From the NCBI GenBank assembly GCA_016219005.1, contig JACRCN010000054.1:17519-81518 (forward strand): DNA of 64,000 nucleotides, read 5' to 3'. How positions within the stretch are numbered: the first letter of the stretch is position 1; every line of letters starts with the position of its first letter. Below are positions 24,759-34,416 of this stretch, in pieces. Below the pieces are notes generated by a model. That model saw only the letters and a program-made list of their open reading frames with translations, made no database searches and was not told the DNA's origin. The stretch is from Deltaproteobacteria bacterium (GTDB taxonomy: Bacteria; Desulfobacterota; Desulfobacteria; Desulfobacterales; SpSt-501). The position numbers and the translations under genes are program-made.

Positions 24759-26735
24759 CTATGCGGTTGCGTATACTGGATTTTTATTCCGCGCCATTTG
24801 GAGCGATACAATCGCGCCCATTATGATCGCCCCGATCAGATCGGTGATCCAACCCGGTTTGATCAGGCATAAGGCTCCGACAAACAGCGCGACGCGCTCC
24901 CACCTGCTGCAACGCGTCAAAAGCCAACCTTGCACCGAACCCGCAAGCGCCGCCGTACCGAAACCGCCGGTGACAACTGCAAGAGCTATTTCCCACGGTT
25001 CGCCGATCAACACCATAGCGGGCCCTAAGACGAACATGTAAGGTATCAGGAAACCGCCAATAGCAAAACGCATCCCTTGCCATCCAACCTGCCAGCTGGG
25101 GGCGTTGGCGATAGCTGCAGCTGCAAAGGAGGCCAGAGCGACCGGAGGGGTCAATGCCGATAAGCATGCGAAATAGAAAATGAAGAGGTGAGCGGCGATG
25201 GGTGGAACCTGCATCTGGATCAGGGCCGGAGCTAAAACGGAAGCGCAGATGGCGTAGGCGGCGGTGGTTGGCATACCCATGCCGAGAATAATCGCAATGA
25301 TCATCGTGAAGAAGAGGGCAAGATATAGGTTTCCGCCCGAGTAATTAAAGATAATCATCGCAAATTTGGTCCCAAGCCCCGTCTGCGTCAGAACGCCCAC
25401 GATGATCCCGGCGGCTGCGCAGGTCGCAGCGATTTCCATGGATCCGCGAGCTCCTTTAGCCAATGTCCGGACGATTGCGGAGACTCCCATTCGAGTTGAA
25501 GGCTTGACCCAGCTGACGACGATAAGCGAGACGATGCCCAGCATCGCTGCCCGATAGGCCGACCAGTCGAAAACCATAAGAGACACCAGCAGAACCACGA
25601 TCGGTACCAGTAGGTATCCTTTTTCCGCCATGATTTTCCGAAAATCGGGCAGGTCTTCGCGACTGATCCCCTTGAGCCCGGCCGCGGCGGAGTAGAAATC
25701 GATCATCCAATAGGCTGCAAGAAAATAAAATAAGGCCGGGATGATGGCCGCAGTGGCGACCTTGGCGTACGGCACGGCGAGGATCTCGGCCATTAGGAAG
25801 GCGCCAGCTCCCATAACGGGCGGCATGACCTGCCCCCCTGAGGAATTCATGGCCTCGATCGCTCCAGCAACTGTAGCGCGATAGCCGCTAGCCTTCATCA
25901 GCGGGATGTTCAACACTCCGTCCACCACGACATTGGCTACGGACGATCCAGAGGCGGTGCCGATCAAGGCCGATGACAGGATGGAAACCTTAGCCGGTCC
26001 ACCCCGATAGCGCCCGGCAATGCAGCGCGCGAAATCCACAAAGAACCTTCCCGCCCCCGAAGATTCCACGAATGCTCCGAACAGAACAAAGAGGAAAATG
26101 TAGTGGGCTGATGCCTGGGTCGGCAGCCCTAAGATGCCATCTAAACTGAAGAGATAGGTGATCATCCGCTCCCAGTTGTACCCGCGGTGGTAAAACAAGC
26201 CTGGCATGTAGGATCCGAAATGCCCGTACAGGATGAAGGCCGCTGTCAAGAGAGCCAGCGGAAGCCCCGTCGCCCGGCGCGCCATCTCCCACACGGCCCC
26301 CACGAACATAAGGGAAATGACAAAATCCCAGGTCGTCGGCAGAACCCCTACCCGATAAATCCACTCGTCGAAATCGATAAAGATGTAAATGGCTGGTGCG
26401 ACCAAGATTCCAACAAAGATCCAGTCGACGACATGAACCCTGCACTTGTCCTTTTGCTTCCAGCCGGGGATCAGCAGGAACAGGAGCACACCGGCAAAAA
26501 CGACGTGCAGCGTTCGGAAGTACCACGGGTCGATGGCCCTGATCGTCAATACCCAAATATGAAATAGGCTCATGGCGAGACCAATGAGGAAAATCGCCAG
26601 CGCCAGAGGGCTGTTGGGTTTGAACTCACGCATGCCGCCGATCTCGAGGTCTTTGATGTTCATCTCCTCGAGTTTTCTTTCGACAATTTTGATGTCTACA
26701 GCTAACTCGTCGATGTTCGCCTTCCGCTCTGGCAT
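24759..26735 (-). CDS. TRAP transporter fused permease (4TM/12TM fusion, TAXI-associated type)
   Basis: 658 aa polytopic protein with typical stretches (GGPAKVSILSSALIGTASGSSVANVV, GGQVMPPVMGAGAFLMAE). It is adjacent to a TAXI receptor gene. Confidence 0.85.
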   Translation of the reverse strand: MPERKANIDELAVDIKIVERKLEEMNIKDLEIGGMREFKPNSPLALAIFLIGLAMSLFHIWVLTIRAIDPWYFRTLHVVFAGVLLFLLIPGWKQKDKCRVHVVDWIFVGILVAPAIYIFIDFDEWIYRVGVLPTTWDFVISLMFVGAVWEMARRATGLPLALLTAAFILYGHFGSYMPGLFYHRGYNWERMITYLFSLDGILGLPTQASAHYIFLFVLFGAFVESSGAGRFFVDFARCIAGRYRGGPAKVSILSSALIGTASGSSVANVVVDGVLNIPLMKASGYRATVAGAIEAMNSSGGQVMPPVMGAGAFLMAEILAVPYAKVATAAIIPALFYFLAAYWMIDFYSAAAGLKGISREDLPDFRKIMAEKGYLLVPIVVLLVSLMVFDWSAYRAAMLGIVSLIVVSWVKPSTRMGVSAIVRTLAKGARGSMEIAATCAAAGIIVGVLTQTGLGTKFAMIIFNYSGGNLYLALFFTMIIAIILGMGMPTTAAYAICASVLAPALIQMQVPPIAAHLFIFYFACLSALTPPVALASFAAAAIANAPSWQVGWQGMRFAIGGFLIPYMFVLGPAMVLIGEPWEIALAVVTGGFGTAALAGSVQGWLLTRCSRWERVALFVGALCLIKPGWITDLIGAIIMGAIVSLQMARNKNPVYATA

Positions 26736-26784
26736 ATCCGCCTCCGTTCATGCGGTTTGAGTGGTATATCTTGTGTGTGCGGTG

Positions 26785-26798
26785 ACGTTTGCAAACGT
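26785..26798. promoter_or_regulatory. Perfect 14-bp palindrome ACGTTTGCAAACGT in the TAXI-permease intergenic spacer
   Basis: acgtttgcaaacgt equals its own reverse complement. It lies between the TAXI stop (26847) and the permease start (26735). It could be an operator or an intercistronic RNA hairpin. Confidence 0.35.
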
Positions 26799-26846
26799 TC
26801 AGCTGTATACGCCTAATGAGCGCTCAAATCGTTTTGATCGGGTGTG

Positions 26847-27830
26847 CTATTTCGAAATCATCTTGTCCGAAAGCTGGATGCCTTTTTCCTTATAATACTT
26901 CACAGCGCCGGGATGCAGCGGGATGGGGCTATATACAATGCTCTCGATCTTAATCTCGGATGCGGATGGATGGGCAGCAATGAGGATGTCAATGTTTTCA
27001 AATGTCTTTTTGACGACCTCGTAGATAAAATCATCCGGGGTGTCCTTGTGGGCCGTCATAAAATTCCATACTGTTACAGTGTGCAGATCCACCTCTTTAT
27101 TGGCCTTGTAAGTCCCTTTAGGAATTACACCCGGCGACAGATAAGGGTATTTGGCGACACACTGCTCCACCTGCTCCTTGGACAGGGCAAAGACCGACAT
27201 CTCCTGGAGCACTTCCATTTCGGTGAGGCCGCCCCATGGGAGCCCGCTGATAGTAGCGACGGCATCAAGCATCCCATCCTTCATTTGCGAGCCCAGATCC
27301 GACCACCCGGCGTTCACAGTTCGTTTAGGCTTGACGCCCACCTCCTCGAATACGACGGGCCAGTAAACGGCCGGTGTCGTTCCGACCGCACCGATGCCGA
27401 CCGCTTTACCGCCCAGGTCCTTGACTTCCCTAATGCCCGTCTTCTTGGGGGCATAGGCATGGGCGTAGGACGTAAACATGGGGAATATGACTCGGACGTT
27501 CTGGTATTTTTCACCCTTTGCCCAACCTTGTCCGAACCAGCCTTCATAGATGGGAGCTGCCGTTGTAAGGCCGAAGTCCAGCTGCTTGGATGATACCAAC
27601 TTGACATTGGCGACCGGTCCGGCGGTGACTTCCACGGAGGCCTGGACCCCGACCTTGTCGTTTAGCAGTTTGGCGAATCCACCACCCCAGACGAAATAAA
27701 CTCCGCCGATACCGGATGTACCAATGGTCGCGCCCTTCGGCCAGCCGGCTTTGGTTTGGGCATTCGCAAAATCCATGATCATTGGAGTGCAAAGTAGCAG
27801 CAGCGTGATCACGAGGGTCAAACGTTTCAT
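26847..27830 (-). CDS. TAXI-family TRAP transporter solute-binding protein
   Basis: Signal peptide MKRLTLVITLLLLCTPMIMDFANA. TAXI-like GTSGIGGVYFVWGGGFAKLL and AHPSASEI. Confidence 0.85.
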   Translation of the reverse strand: MKRLTLVITLLLLCTPMIMDFANAQTKAGWPKGATIGTSGIGGVYFVWGGGFAKLLNDKVGVQASVEVTAGPVANVKLVSSKQLDFGLTTAAPIYEGWFGQGWAKGEKYQNVRVIFPMFTSYAHAYAPKKTGIREVKDLGGKAVGIGAVGTTPAVYWPVVFEEVGVKPKRTVNAGWSDLGSQMKDGMLDAVATISGLPWGGLTEMEVLQEMSVFALSKEQVEQCVAKYPYLSPGVIPKGTYKANKEVDLHTVTVWNFMTAHKDTPDDFIYEVVKKTFENIDILIAAHPSASEIKIESIVYSPIPLHPGAVKYYKEKGIQLSDKMISK

Positions 27831-27912
27831 TGCTAACCTCCTGTCTTTTGAGTGTTCTCATAAAATGGGCGCCGGATTATTTCGTTGCCCAGACTGAGGA
27901 TCCGGTTGCGGA

Positions 27913-28626
27913 TCACGTGAAATCTCTCTCCTTTGCCAACCCGACGAAGTGCGCCACATCGATATGCTTGGGACAGACATGCGAACAGGCTTTCGAAGTA
28001 TGGCAGCGGTAGACGCCCTCCTCGCTGTATAGCTGCTTGAGGCGGTCTTCCGTCGCATCTTCGCGGGGGTCCATGATGCGCACCACGCTGGCCATGACCG
28101 CGTTGGGCCCCAGAAATCCCTTGTGAGAGCTGATGCAGGCGGTGGCGCAGCAAAAGCAGTTGATGCAGCGGGTGGCATCCAGATAGCCCTCCATCCGGCG
28201 GGGGGAGATTCGATACTCCTGCCCCTGATTCGGGTTCTTGGACGGCTGGATGATGAAGGGGCGGATCCGATGAACCCGATCATAGGCCTTTTCCAGATCC
28301 ACCACCAAGTCCCGCAGCACCGGCGCCACGCTGATCGGTTCGATCGTAAAGGTGGTCGTTCCAAAATATACGACGGCGTTTTCAACGAGCAGCTCACAGG
28401 CCAGCATGGGCTTGCCGTTAATCACGACCGAGCAGGAGCCGCATTGAGCGTGCTCGCACGACGAGTTCCATGCGAGGGTCGGGTCCAATTCCTTGTTGAT
28501 TTTCCGCAGCACGTCGGTGAAGCGCAGGATGCGACCGGCCTCGATCCGATAGGTTTGCATCCAGGATTTGTGTGCCTCCGGATCGTGGCGCTTGATATTG
28601 AAAACCAGCGAATAGCTCTCCTTCAT
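27913..28626 (-). CDS. sdhB: Succinate dehydrogenase / fumarate reductase iron-sulfur subunit
   Basis: Three Cys clusters: SCEHAQCGSCSVVINGKPMLAC, CINCFCCATAC and CHTSKACSHVCP. Confidence 0.85.
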   Translation of the reverse strand: MKESYSLVFNIKRHDPEAHKSWMQTYRIEAGRILRFTDVLRKINKELDPTLAWNSSCEHAQCGSCSVVINGKPMLACELLVENAVVYFGTTTFTIEPISVAPVLRDLVVDLEKAYDRVHRIRPFIIQPSKNPNQGQEYRISPRRMEGYLDATRCINCFCCATACISSHKGFLGPNAVMASVVRIMDPREDATEDRLKQLYSEEGVYRCHTSKACSHVCPKHIDVAHFVGLAKERDFT

Positions 28627-28674
28627 GATGTTGCTCCGTATTTGGTTAAGAAATCGGGTCTTCAGGCATCAATC

Positions 28675-30471
28675 CTAATACTTCCGCTCGATCAGACCGA
28701 ATTTTTCATAGTTATCGCCTTTGGCCTCAAAAATGCTCATGTCGACGGGCCGACTCGCGAATTGGATTTTTCCGAATTCCGTCATGCACGCCAGGGTGTG
28801 CGCATTGAATTCATCGCGGCGCTGCGGGAAATCGACCCGGGCGTGGCCGCCGCGTGATTCCCGGCGCCGGAGGGCCCCCTGAGCGATCACCATGGATACG
28901 CTCAGGAGATTGTCGATCTCCCAGCGCTGCACCAGCTCCTGGTTCATTTGCAGGCTCCGGCAGCGGAGCGCGGCGCCGCGGACGCGTTCCGCGGAAACGG
29001 TTAAGGCGTGGATCGCCGTGTTCAGCCCTTCCTCCGCCCTGAACACCCCGACGTTTTCCGTCATCATGCGCCGCATGTCTTCGCGGATCTGGTCGATGTT
29101 CTCCTCTTTTTTATTCTCCAGATACCCGGCAAAACGGGAAAAGGTCTTATCACCAGCATCCGCGGGAAGACCTTCCGCTGCCTCGTCCATGGACAGGACG
29201 ACGCGCTCCCCGACAAAGCGCCCCATGGTGATCAGCTCCAGGATAGAGTTCGTCCCCAGGCGGTTGAAGCCGTGAAAGCTGGAGCAGCCGCATTCGCCGG
29301 CCGCATAGAGTCCGAATATGACCGTGTCGGGAGACCTCTGCACCTCTCCAAAAGCGTTGGTCGGGATTCCTCCCATCTGGTAGTGGTTGCTGGGCCTGAC
29401 CGGGCAAAGCTGTGTCCGGGGGTCCAGATTCATGAACTGCTTGAAAAACCCGCTGACCTCGGGGATCTGGACCTCGTGCACGTAATCGGAGAGGTGACGC
29501 AAGTCGATCCAGATATGCTCGATGTTGTGGTCCGGGTTCAGGATGCCGCGCCCCTCGCGGATTTCCGTTTCAATGGCACGGGCCACTAGATCCCGCGGCG
29601 CCAGCTCTTTCATTTTCGGCGCGTACCTGGCCATGAACGGATCCAATTCCTTGTTGCGCAGGATGCCGCCCACGGAACGGAGCGTCTCGCTGGCCAATAT
29701 CCCCGGACCCACAATGCCGGTGGGGTGAAATTGGACCGCCTCCATGTCAATCAGGGGCAGGCCGGCCTGCAGGGCGACGGCGTGGGCATCGCCGGTGTTC
29801 TGGCGGCAATTGGTCGTCACCCGAAAGACCTGGCCGCAACCGCCGGTAGCCAGTACCGTGGCCTTGGCTGAAACAGCCACGAACTCGCCCGTTTTCTCCA
29901 TGAACAGCACGGCCCCGACGCAACGGTCGTTCCGAATAAGCAATTCGGTCAGAAGCGTTTGATCCAGAAAGGCCACTCCGCCCTTGAGGGCTTCCCCCCA
30001 CACGTTGTCCATGATGCCCTTGCCCGTGCGGTCGGCTTCGAACACGGCCCGGAAAGCCGACGCCTCGCCGAAACGCACCGTGTGGCCTCCGAAGGTCCGC
30101 TTGCTCAAGCGCCCTTCCTCGTCCCGGGTGAAGTGCATGCCCCTGTTTTCCAGCCAGACGATTTCCTCCCAGGCCGCATCGACGATCTTCTGGACCACAT
30201 CTTGGTCCGCCATGCAATCGGAACCCTTCCAGGTGTCAAACATATGATAGATGGGTCTGTCCACGGCGTCTTTGGGATCTACCGCCGCAAGGCCCCCCTG
30301 AGCCGTGCTGGTGTGAGATTTTTGGGGATGCGAAACCTTGGTCACCGCAATGATATGGGTCCCGGGGCGTTTTTCCAGGATGTGGGCGGCGCATCGGAGA
30401 CCGGCACCCCCCGCCCCGATGATGAGCACGTCGCATTGGATCGTGGAAGACAACTTGAACTTTTTTTGCAT
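28675..30471 (-). CDS. sdhA: Succinate dehydrogenase / fumarate reductase flavoprotein subunit
   Basis: DVLIIGAGGAGLRCA; SHTSTAQGG, the covalent-FAD His context; HYQMGGI; RRESRGGHARVDFP. Confidence 0.9.
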   Translation of the reverse strand: MQKKFKLSSTIQCDVLIIGAGGAGLRCAAHILEKRPGTHIIAVTKVSHPQKSHTSTAQGGLAAVDPKDAVDRPIYHMFDTWKGSDCMADQDVVQKIVDAAWEEIVWLENRGMHFTRDEEGRLSKRTFGGHTVRFGEASAFRAVFEADRTGKGIMDNVWGEALKGGVAFLDQTLLTELLIRNDRCVGAVLFMEKTGEFVAVSAKATVLATGGCGQVFRVTTNCRQNTGDAHAVALQAGLPLIDMEAVQFHPTGIVGPGILASETLRSVGGILRNKELDPFMARYAPKMKELAPRDLVARAIETEIREGRGILNPDHNIEHIWIDLRHLSDYVHEVQIPEVSGFFKQFMNLDPRTQLCPVRPSNHYQMGGIPTNAFGEVQRSPDTVIFGLYAAGECGCSSFHGFNRLGTNSILELITMGRFVGERVVLSMDEAAEGLPADAGDKTFSRFAGYLENKKEENIDQIREDMRRMMTENVGVFRAEEGLNTAIHALTVSAERVRGAALRCRSLQMNQELVQRWEIDNLLSVSMVIAQGALRRRESRGGHARVDFPQRRDEFNAHTLACMTEFGKIQFASRPVDMSIFEAKGDNYEKFGLIERKY

Positions 30472-30568
30472 CTGACAATCTCCAGCGTATCGGCAGGTCC
30501 TGGTTCGGAATACGTCTCAAGGCACCATCGTCTCAACCGACATCCACGCGAACCCGTCGTGAGCGGGC

Positions 30569-31396
30569 TCAGATCGCTATCACCAACTTCAGGCCGGCCC
30601 AGGCGGCGACCATCATGGCGGCGATAACCGCTGCCATGCCGGCCATCCGCAGTTCTTTCGAGGCGGCGTAATCCTTCAGGATCGAGATCAGGCCATAGCT
30701 GCCGTGGTAAAGGGCGGAAGCCAGGAGGGCCATATCAACCAGTTTGATCCACAGGTTCTGCATTCGCAGCGCCACCTGACCGGCGTCCTTGGCGACCTGA
30801 GGGCTCAGGTGCATGAACAGAAAATGGGCCGGCACCATCACCAGAAGAAAAGCACCGCTGATCCGCTGGAGCTTCCAGCTTAAGCGATGCGGAGTGCGCC
30901 AGATGCGGGCAAAGAGGCCATAGGCCGCGGACAATGCGGCCGCTGCCGCCATCAGCCAGAAGAACCCTGCGGATACGTTCTGGTTGCCCATCCGCATCAG
31001 CACGGCCAGAAGTCCAGCGTAGAGAATGGACAGGCCGGCCACCCATTTCAGCAGCACCTCGTCGCCCCGGAAGCGAAAGCTCTCATACAGGGTGAGCCGC
31101 CCGCCGTTCAACGCATGGAAGATGACCGGTAAGGCCAGCGCCCACTCGATGAAAGCGAAAACAGGCAGCTCGTATAGCTTCATCTTGTCGGCATACGCAC
31201 CGGCCGGCACGAGAAACGACAGGGTGTAAATATGGAACCAGGTAAAAAGGACCAGCAACACTCCGGATAGCCGGTGGGCCCAACTGATGATAAACGGCAG
31301 CCCCCGGTTACGGGTGCAGCGGGCGAGCGGAGGTATCATGTCCAGCAGCCTGAAAAAACCTTTATCGATTCCATTTCCGGAAGTGCGAGCGATCAT
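30569..31396 (-). CDS. SDH/FRD membrane anchor, apparent SdhC-SdhD fusion (cytochrome b type)
   Basis: The N-half has SWAHRLSGVLLV and FHALNGG (SdhC-like). The C-half has LQRISGAFLLVMVPAHF and YHGSYGLISILKDY (SdhD-like). About six hydrophobic helices in one 275-aa ORF. Confidence 0.65.
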   Translation of the reverse strand: MIARTSGNGIDKGFFRLLDMIPPLARCTRNRGLPFIISWAHRLSGVLLVLFTWFHIYTLSFLVPAGAYADKMKLYELPVFAFIEWALALPVIFHALNGGRLTLYESFRFRGDEVLLKWVAGLSILYAGLLAVLMRMGNQNVSAGFFWLMAAAAALSAAYGLFARIWRTPHRLSWKLQRISGAFLLVMVPAHFLFMHLSPQVAKDAGQVALRMQNLWIKLVDMALLASALYHGSYGLISILKDYAASKELRMAGMAAVIAAMMVAAWAGLKLVIAI

Positions 31397-31420
31397 CTGA
31401 TTCCTCTTTTCCCGACGCCT

Positions 31421-32182
31421 TCAACTGAATTTCTTCTTGATCGGCATGCGCCGTACCCGCTTGAAGGGGACCGGCTCCGCGGGCCCCTCAATTTTCTCCT
31501 GCGCATCGAGGTAGCCCATGAACTTATTGACGGCCTCGTCGATGTGATTTCTCACCACCGCTTCAAGCTTAGCCGGATCGGTGTTCTTGTTTTTGAAAAG
31601 CCCCAGTATTTCTTCATGGGTCCGGTAGGATTTTTTGAAGTCCTCCTGGTAATACTGGTAGGACAGCCGATACCACATGATCTGCATCCGCAGGATTTTC
31701 ACCAGGTTGATCAGCAGTCGATTTCCACTGCTATCGATGAAAATCTCATGAAAGAGAATATGCTGCTTCCAGTAATTCTTCGCATCTCCGTTTTCAGCGG
31801 CAACTTTCATTCGAGCGAGCGCCCGCTCCATCATCTCGAGCGTGCTGGCGTTCATGTTCGGATAGGCCTGTTTGGCGGCGAGCCCCTCGAGCACCGATCG
31901 GACCGGGAAATGCTCCTCAATATCCCGAGGGAAAATGCGTTTGACAAAAGTACCTTTGCGCGGGACAACCTCCACCAGGCCTTTTTTCTCGAGCACCCGA
32001 AAAGATTCTCGAATGGGGGTCCGGCTGATGCCGAACTGCTTCTGCAGATCGACTTCAATCAACTGGTCTCCCTCCTTGAAAATCCCTTCCAGGATGGCCT
32101 CGGTCAGCGTCTCGGAAAGTTTTTCCACCAGCCCGGTCGGTCTGAAATCAATGCTTCTGAGCTTGGATGCCAGTTTTTCCAT
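31421..32182 (-). CDS. GntR-family transcriptional regulator with FCD ligand domain
   Basis: GISRTPIRESFRVLEKKGLVEVVPRKGTFV is a winged HTH. The C-terminal helical domain has FCD-like His residues (HILFHEIF, THEEIL). Confidence 0.85.
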   Translation of the reverse strand: MEKLASKLRSIDFRPTGLVEKLSETLTEAILEGIFKEGDQLIEVDLQKQFGISRTPIRESFRVLEKKGLVEVVPRKGTFVKRIFPRDIEEHFPVRSVLEGLAAKQAYPNMNASTLEMMERALARMKVAAENGDAKNYWKQHILFHEIFIDSSGNRLLINLVKILRMQIMWYRLSYQYYQEDFKKSYRTHEEILGLFKNKNTDPAKLEAVVRNHIDEAVNKFMGYLDAQEKIEGPAEPVPFKRVRRMPIKKKFS

Positions 32183-32241
32183 TTCTGCAATCCTTCGCCT
32201 CCAGCGAGCACCCGCTCCGCCGGCAGCCTCTGCGGCCGGGA

Positions 32242-32469
32242 TCAGGCCTCGTACAATTTCCGGATGGTGATGGCCTCAGGACCACAGGACTGAAGACAAC
32301 GTTCGCATAGAATACATTCATCCAGATTTTTTTCCACCACCGCCGGCTTGTCGCCGCTCTTCTGAAAAATGCTCACGGGGCAGACCCGAACACACCCCCC
32401 GCATCGGGCAAGGCCTGCACAGGCGGCCATATCCACTTCCACAACAATGAACTCGCTGGGTGAACTCAT
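32242..32469 (-). CDS. Small 2x[4Fe-4S]-type ferredoxin
   Basis: Two Cys clusters, CAGLARCGGCVRVCP and CILCERCLQSCGP, in 75 aa. Confidence 0.8.
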   Translation of the reverse strand: MSSPSEFIVVEVDMAACAGLARCGGCVRVCPVSIFQKSGDKPAVVEKNLDECILCERCLQSCGPEAITIRKLYEA

Positions 32470-32596
32470 GACGCGTAAACTCCTTTCACAATCAGGAACT
32501 TTCTCTTAAATTCCACGCTGCATCCCAAATCGTCGTCGCAAGCCCGGTCTGGGATGGCTTCTTTTAAATGGTTTCCAGGATGACCGCGGGTTTCGT

Positions 32597-33493
32597 CTAA
32601 CCGATCGATTCCCCCACCCGAATGATCCTGCGGCAACGCTCCACCACGGGATAGTCGATGAACTTGCCGTCCAGTTGCAGCGCCCCAATCCCTTCGGCTT
32701 CACTTTTCTCGAAAGCCCCCACCACCCGACGGGCATATTGAATCTCTTCGGCGGTGGGTGAAAAAATCTCGTTGCAAGGCCCGACTTGATTGGGATGGAT
32801 GCAAAGCTTGCCCTGAAAACCGAGCTGCTTGGCCCGGCGAGCATCGGTCTTGAGGCCATCCAGGTCCTTCAGGTCGATCATAAAAGGAGTGTCGATCGGC
32901 GGCTCCCGTCCGGCCGCCCGACATGCCACCGCGATCCGGGACCGGGGGTAGTGCAATTCCGCGCCGTCTCGGCTGATGTCGATACCCATGTCCAAACTGT
33001 AATCGGCCGCACCGAAGGCCGCTAAAAACGCGCGGGCCGGACCGGGCGCTTCGGACAATATCCGGAAAATGTTTTGAACCCCCCGCGCCGACTCTATCAA
33101 CGCCACCACGCCCAACGATCCCGGCGGCATGCCACAGTGACGTTCGCAGCCCAGCAGGCGTTCGTGAATCTCCCGGATATGTTCGCCGGATTCCACTTTG
33201 GGCAGCATGATGCCGGCCGGTGCCGCGCCTACGATCGCTTGAAGATCGCTCTGGTTGTGCCCGCTGCCCAGTGCATTCACACGCACCATGAGCCTTCGTG
33301 ACGCGTGCTCCATCACCTTCTTCCGCGCGGTTTCCCGTGCTTCGCCTTTCAGCGTCTGGGCCACGGCATCCTCCAGGTCGATGATAACCACATCCGCACC
33401 CGCGTCCAACGCCTTGTCGACACGGTCGGGCCGTGTGGCCGGCACAAAGAGTGCTGTTCGTAACGGGCCGATCGGTTTCATTTCATTCCTCAT
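32597..33493 (-). CDS. HpcH/HpaI-CitE family acyl-CoA lyase (malyl-/beta-methylmalyl-/citramalyl-CoA lyase-like)
   Basis: RTALFVPATRPDRVDKAL, VIIDLEDAV, GFQGKLCIHPNQV. The start overlaps the stop of the SucD-like gene by 4 nt. Confidence 0.8.
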   Translation of the reverse strand: MRNEMKPIGPLRTALFVPATRPDRVDKALDAGADVVIIDLEDAVAQTLKGEARETARKKVMEHASRRLMVRVNALGSGHNQSDLQAIVGAAPAGIMLPKVESGEHIREIHERLLGCERHCGMPPGSLGVVALIESARGVQNIFRILSEAPGPARAFLAAFGAADYSLDMGIDISRDGAELHYPRSRIAVACRAAGREPPIDTPFMIDLKDLDGLKTDARRAKQLGFQGKLCIHPNQVGPCNEIFSPTAEEIQYARRVVGAFEKSEAEGIGALQLDGKFIDYPVVERCRRIIRVGESIG

Positions 33494-34383
33494 AGATAGC
33501 GTTTCGCAATATCGACGATCTCAGAAAAGGATTCCGCCACGTGGATTCCGGCCTTTCGGAACATCTCGATTTTGCTCTTCGTGGTGCCTCGATCTCCCTC
33601 GACAATCGTGGCCGCATGGCCAAAACGAACTCCCGGCATGTTGTCTACAAATCGGCCGGCGATGAAACCGATGATCGGAATCGACAGCTTCTCGGCCATG
33701 ACCAATTCCGAGAGTTTTTCTTCGATGACCCCGCCGGGCTCGCTGAAAAGCACCACGACCTTGGTCTCCGGATCCCGGTCAAACAGGGGGATCAAATCCA
33801 GGAAATTGGATCCCACCACCGGGTCTCCTCCAATTCCGATGCAGGTGCTCTGTCCGATGCCCCGGGTGGTCAGCAGGTTGGCGATTTCGGTGGTCATGCC
33901 ACCGCTGCGAGAGGCGATACCCACCGGCCCCGGCATGTAGGCTTTGCGAACATCGGCGGCCGGCCCGCCCGCCATTCCCAGTCTGACCTTTCCCGGAGAT
34001 ATCAGCCCCAGGGTGTTCGGGCCGATGACCCTGGCGTTCCGGGATTTAGCCACTTCCAGGAATTCAATCGTGTCCTTGCGCGGCACCCGTTCGGATACCA
34101 CCACCGCCAAGGTAATACCATTATCCAGGGCCTCGATCACCGCGTCCTTGACCAGGGCCGGCGGCACCGATATCACCGCCGCCTCAGCCGGATGGTCCCG
34201 CAACGCCTGGCGGACGGTGTCGTAAACCGGAACGCCGTGAACGCGTTGCCCCCCTTTACCCGGGGTGATGCCGGCGACGACCTTCGTGCCGTAGTCCAGC
34301 ATGTCTTTGGTGAAGGAGGTTGCTTCCCTTCCGGTGATACCTTGTACAATAACCTGAGTATGTTCATCGGCTAAAATGGCCAC
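33490..34383 (-). CDS. Succinyl-CoA-synthetase alpha-subunit-like protein (acid-thiol ligase, CoA-binding subunit)
   Basis: VIVQGITGREATSF, SRSGGMTTE, IGIGGDP, and FGHAATIV, the phosphohistidine context. Confidence 0.8.
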   Translation of the reverse strand: MAILADEHTQVIVQGITGREATSFTKDMLDYGTKVVAGITPGKGGQRVHGVPVYDTVRQALRDHPAEAAVISVPPALVKDAVIEALDNGITLAVVVSERVPRKDTIEFLEVAKSRNARVIGPNTLGLISPGKVRLGMAGGPAADVRKAYMPGPVGIASRSGGMTTEIANLLTTRGIGQSTCIGIGGDPVVGSNFLDLIPLFDRDPETKVVVLFSEPGGVIEEKLSELVMAEKLSIPIIGFIAGRFVDNMPGVRFGHAATIVEGDRGTTKSKIEMFRKAGIHVAESFSEIVDIAKRYL

Positions 34384-34416
34384 TGCCTGCCCCCTCTCTA
34401 TGGCGATGATCAGCGA

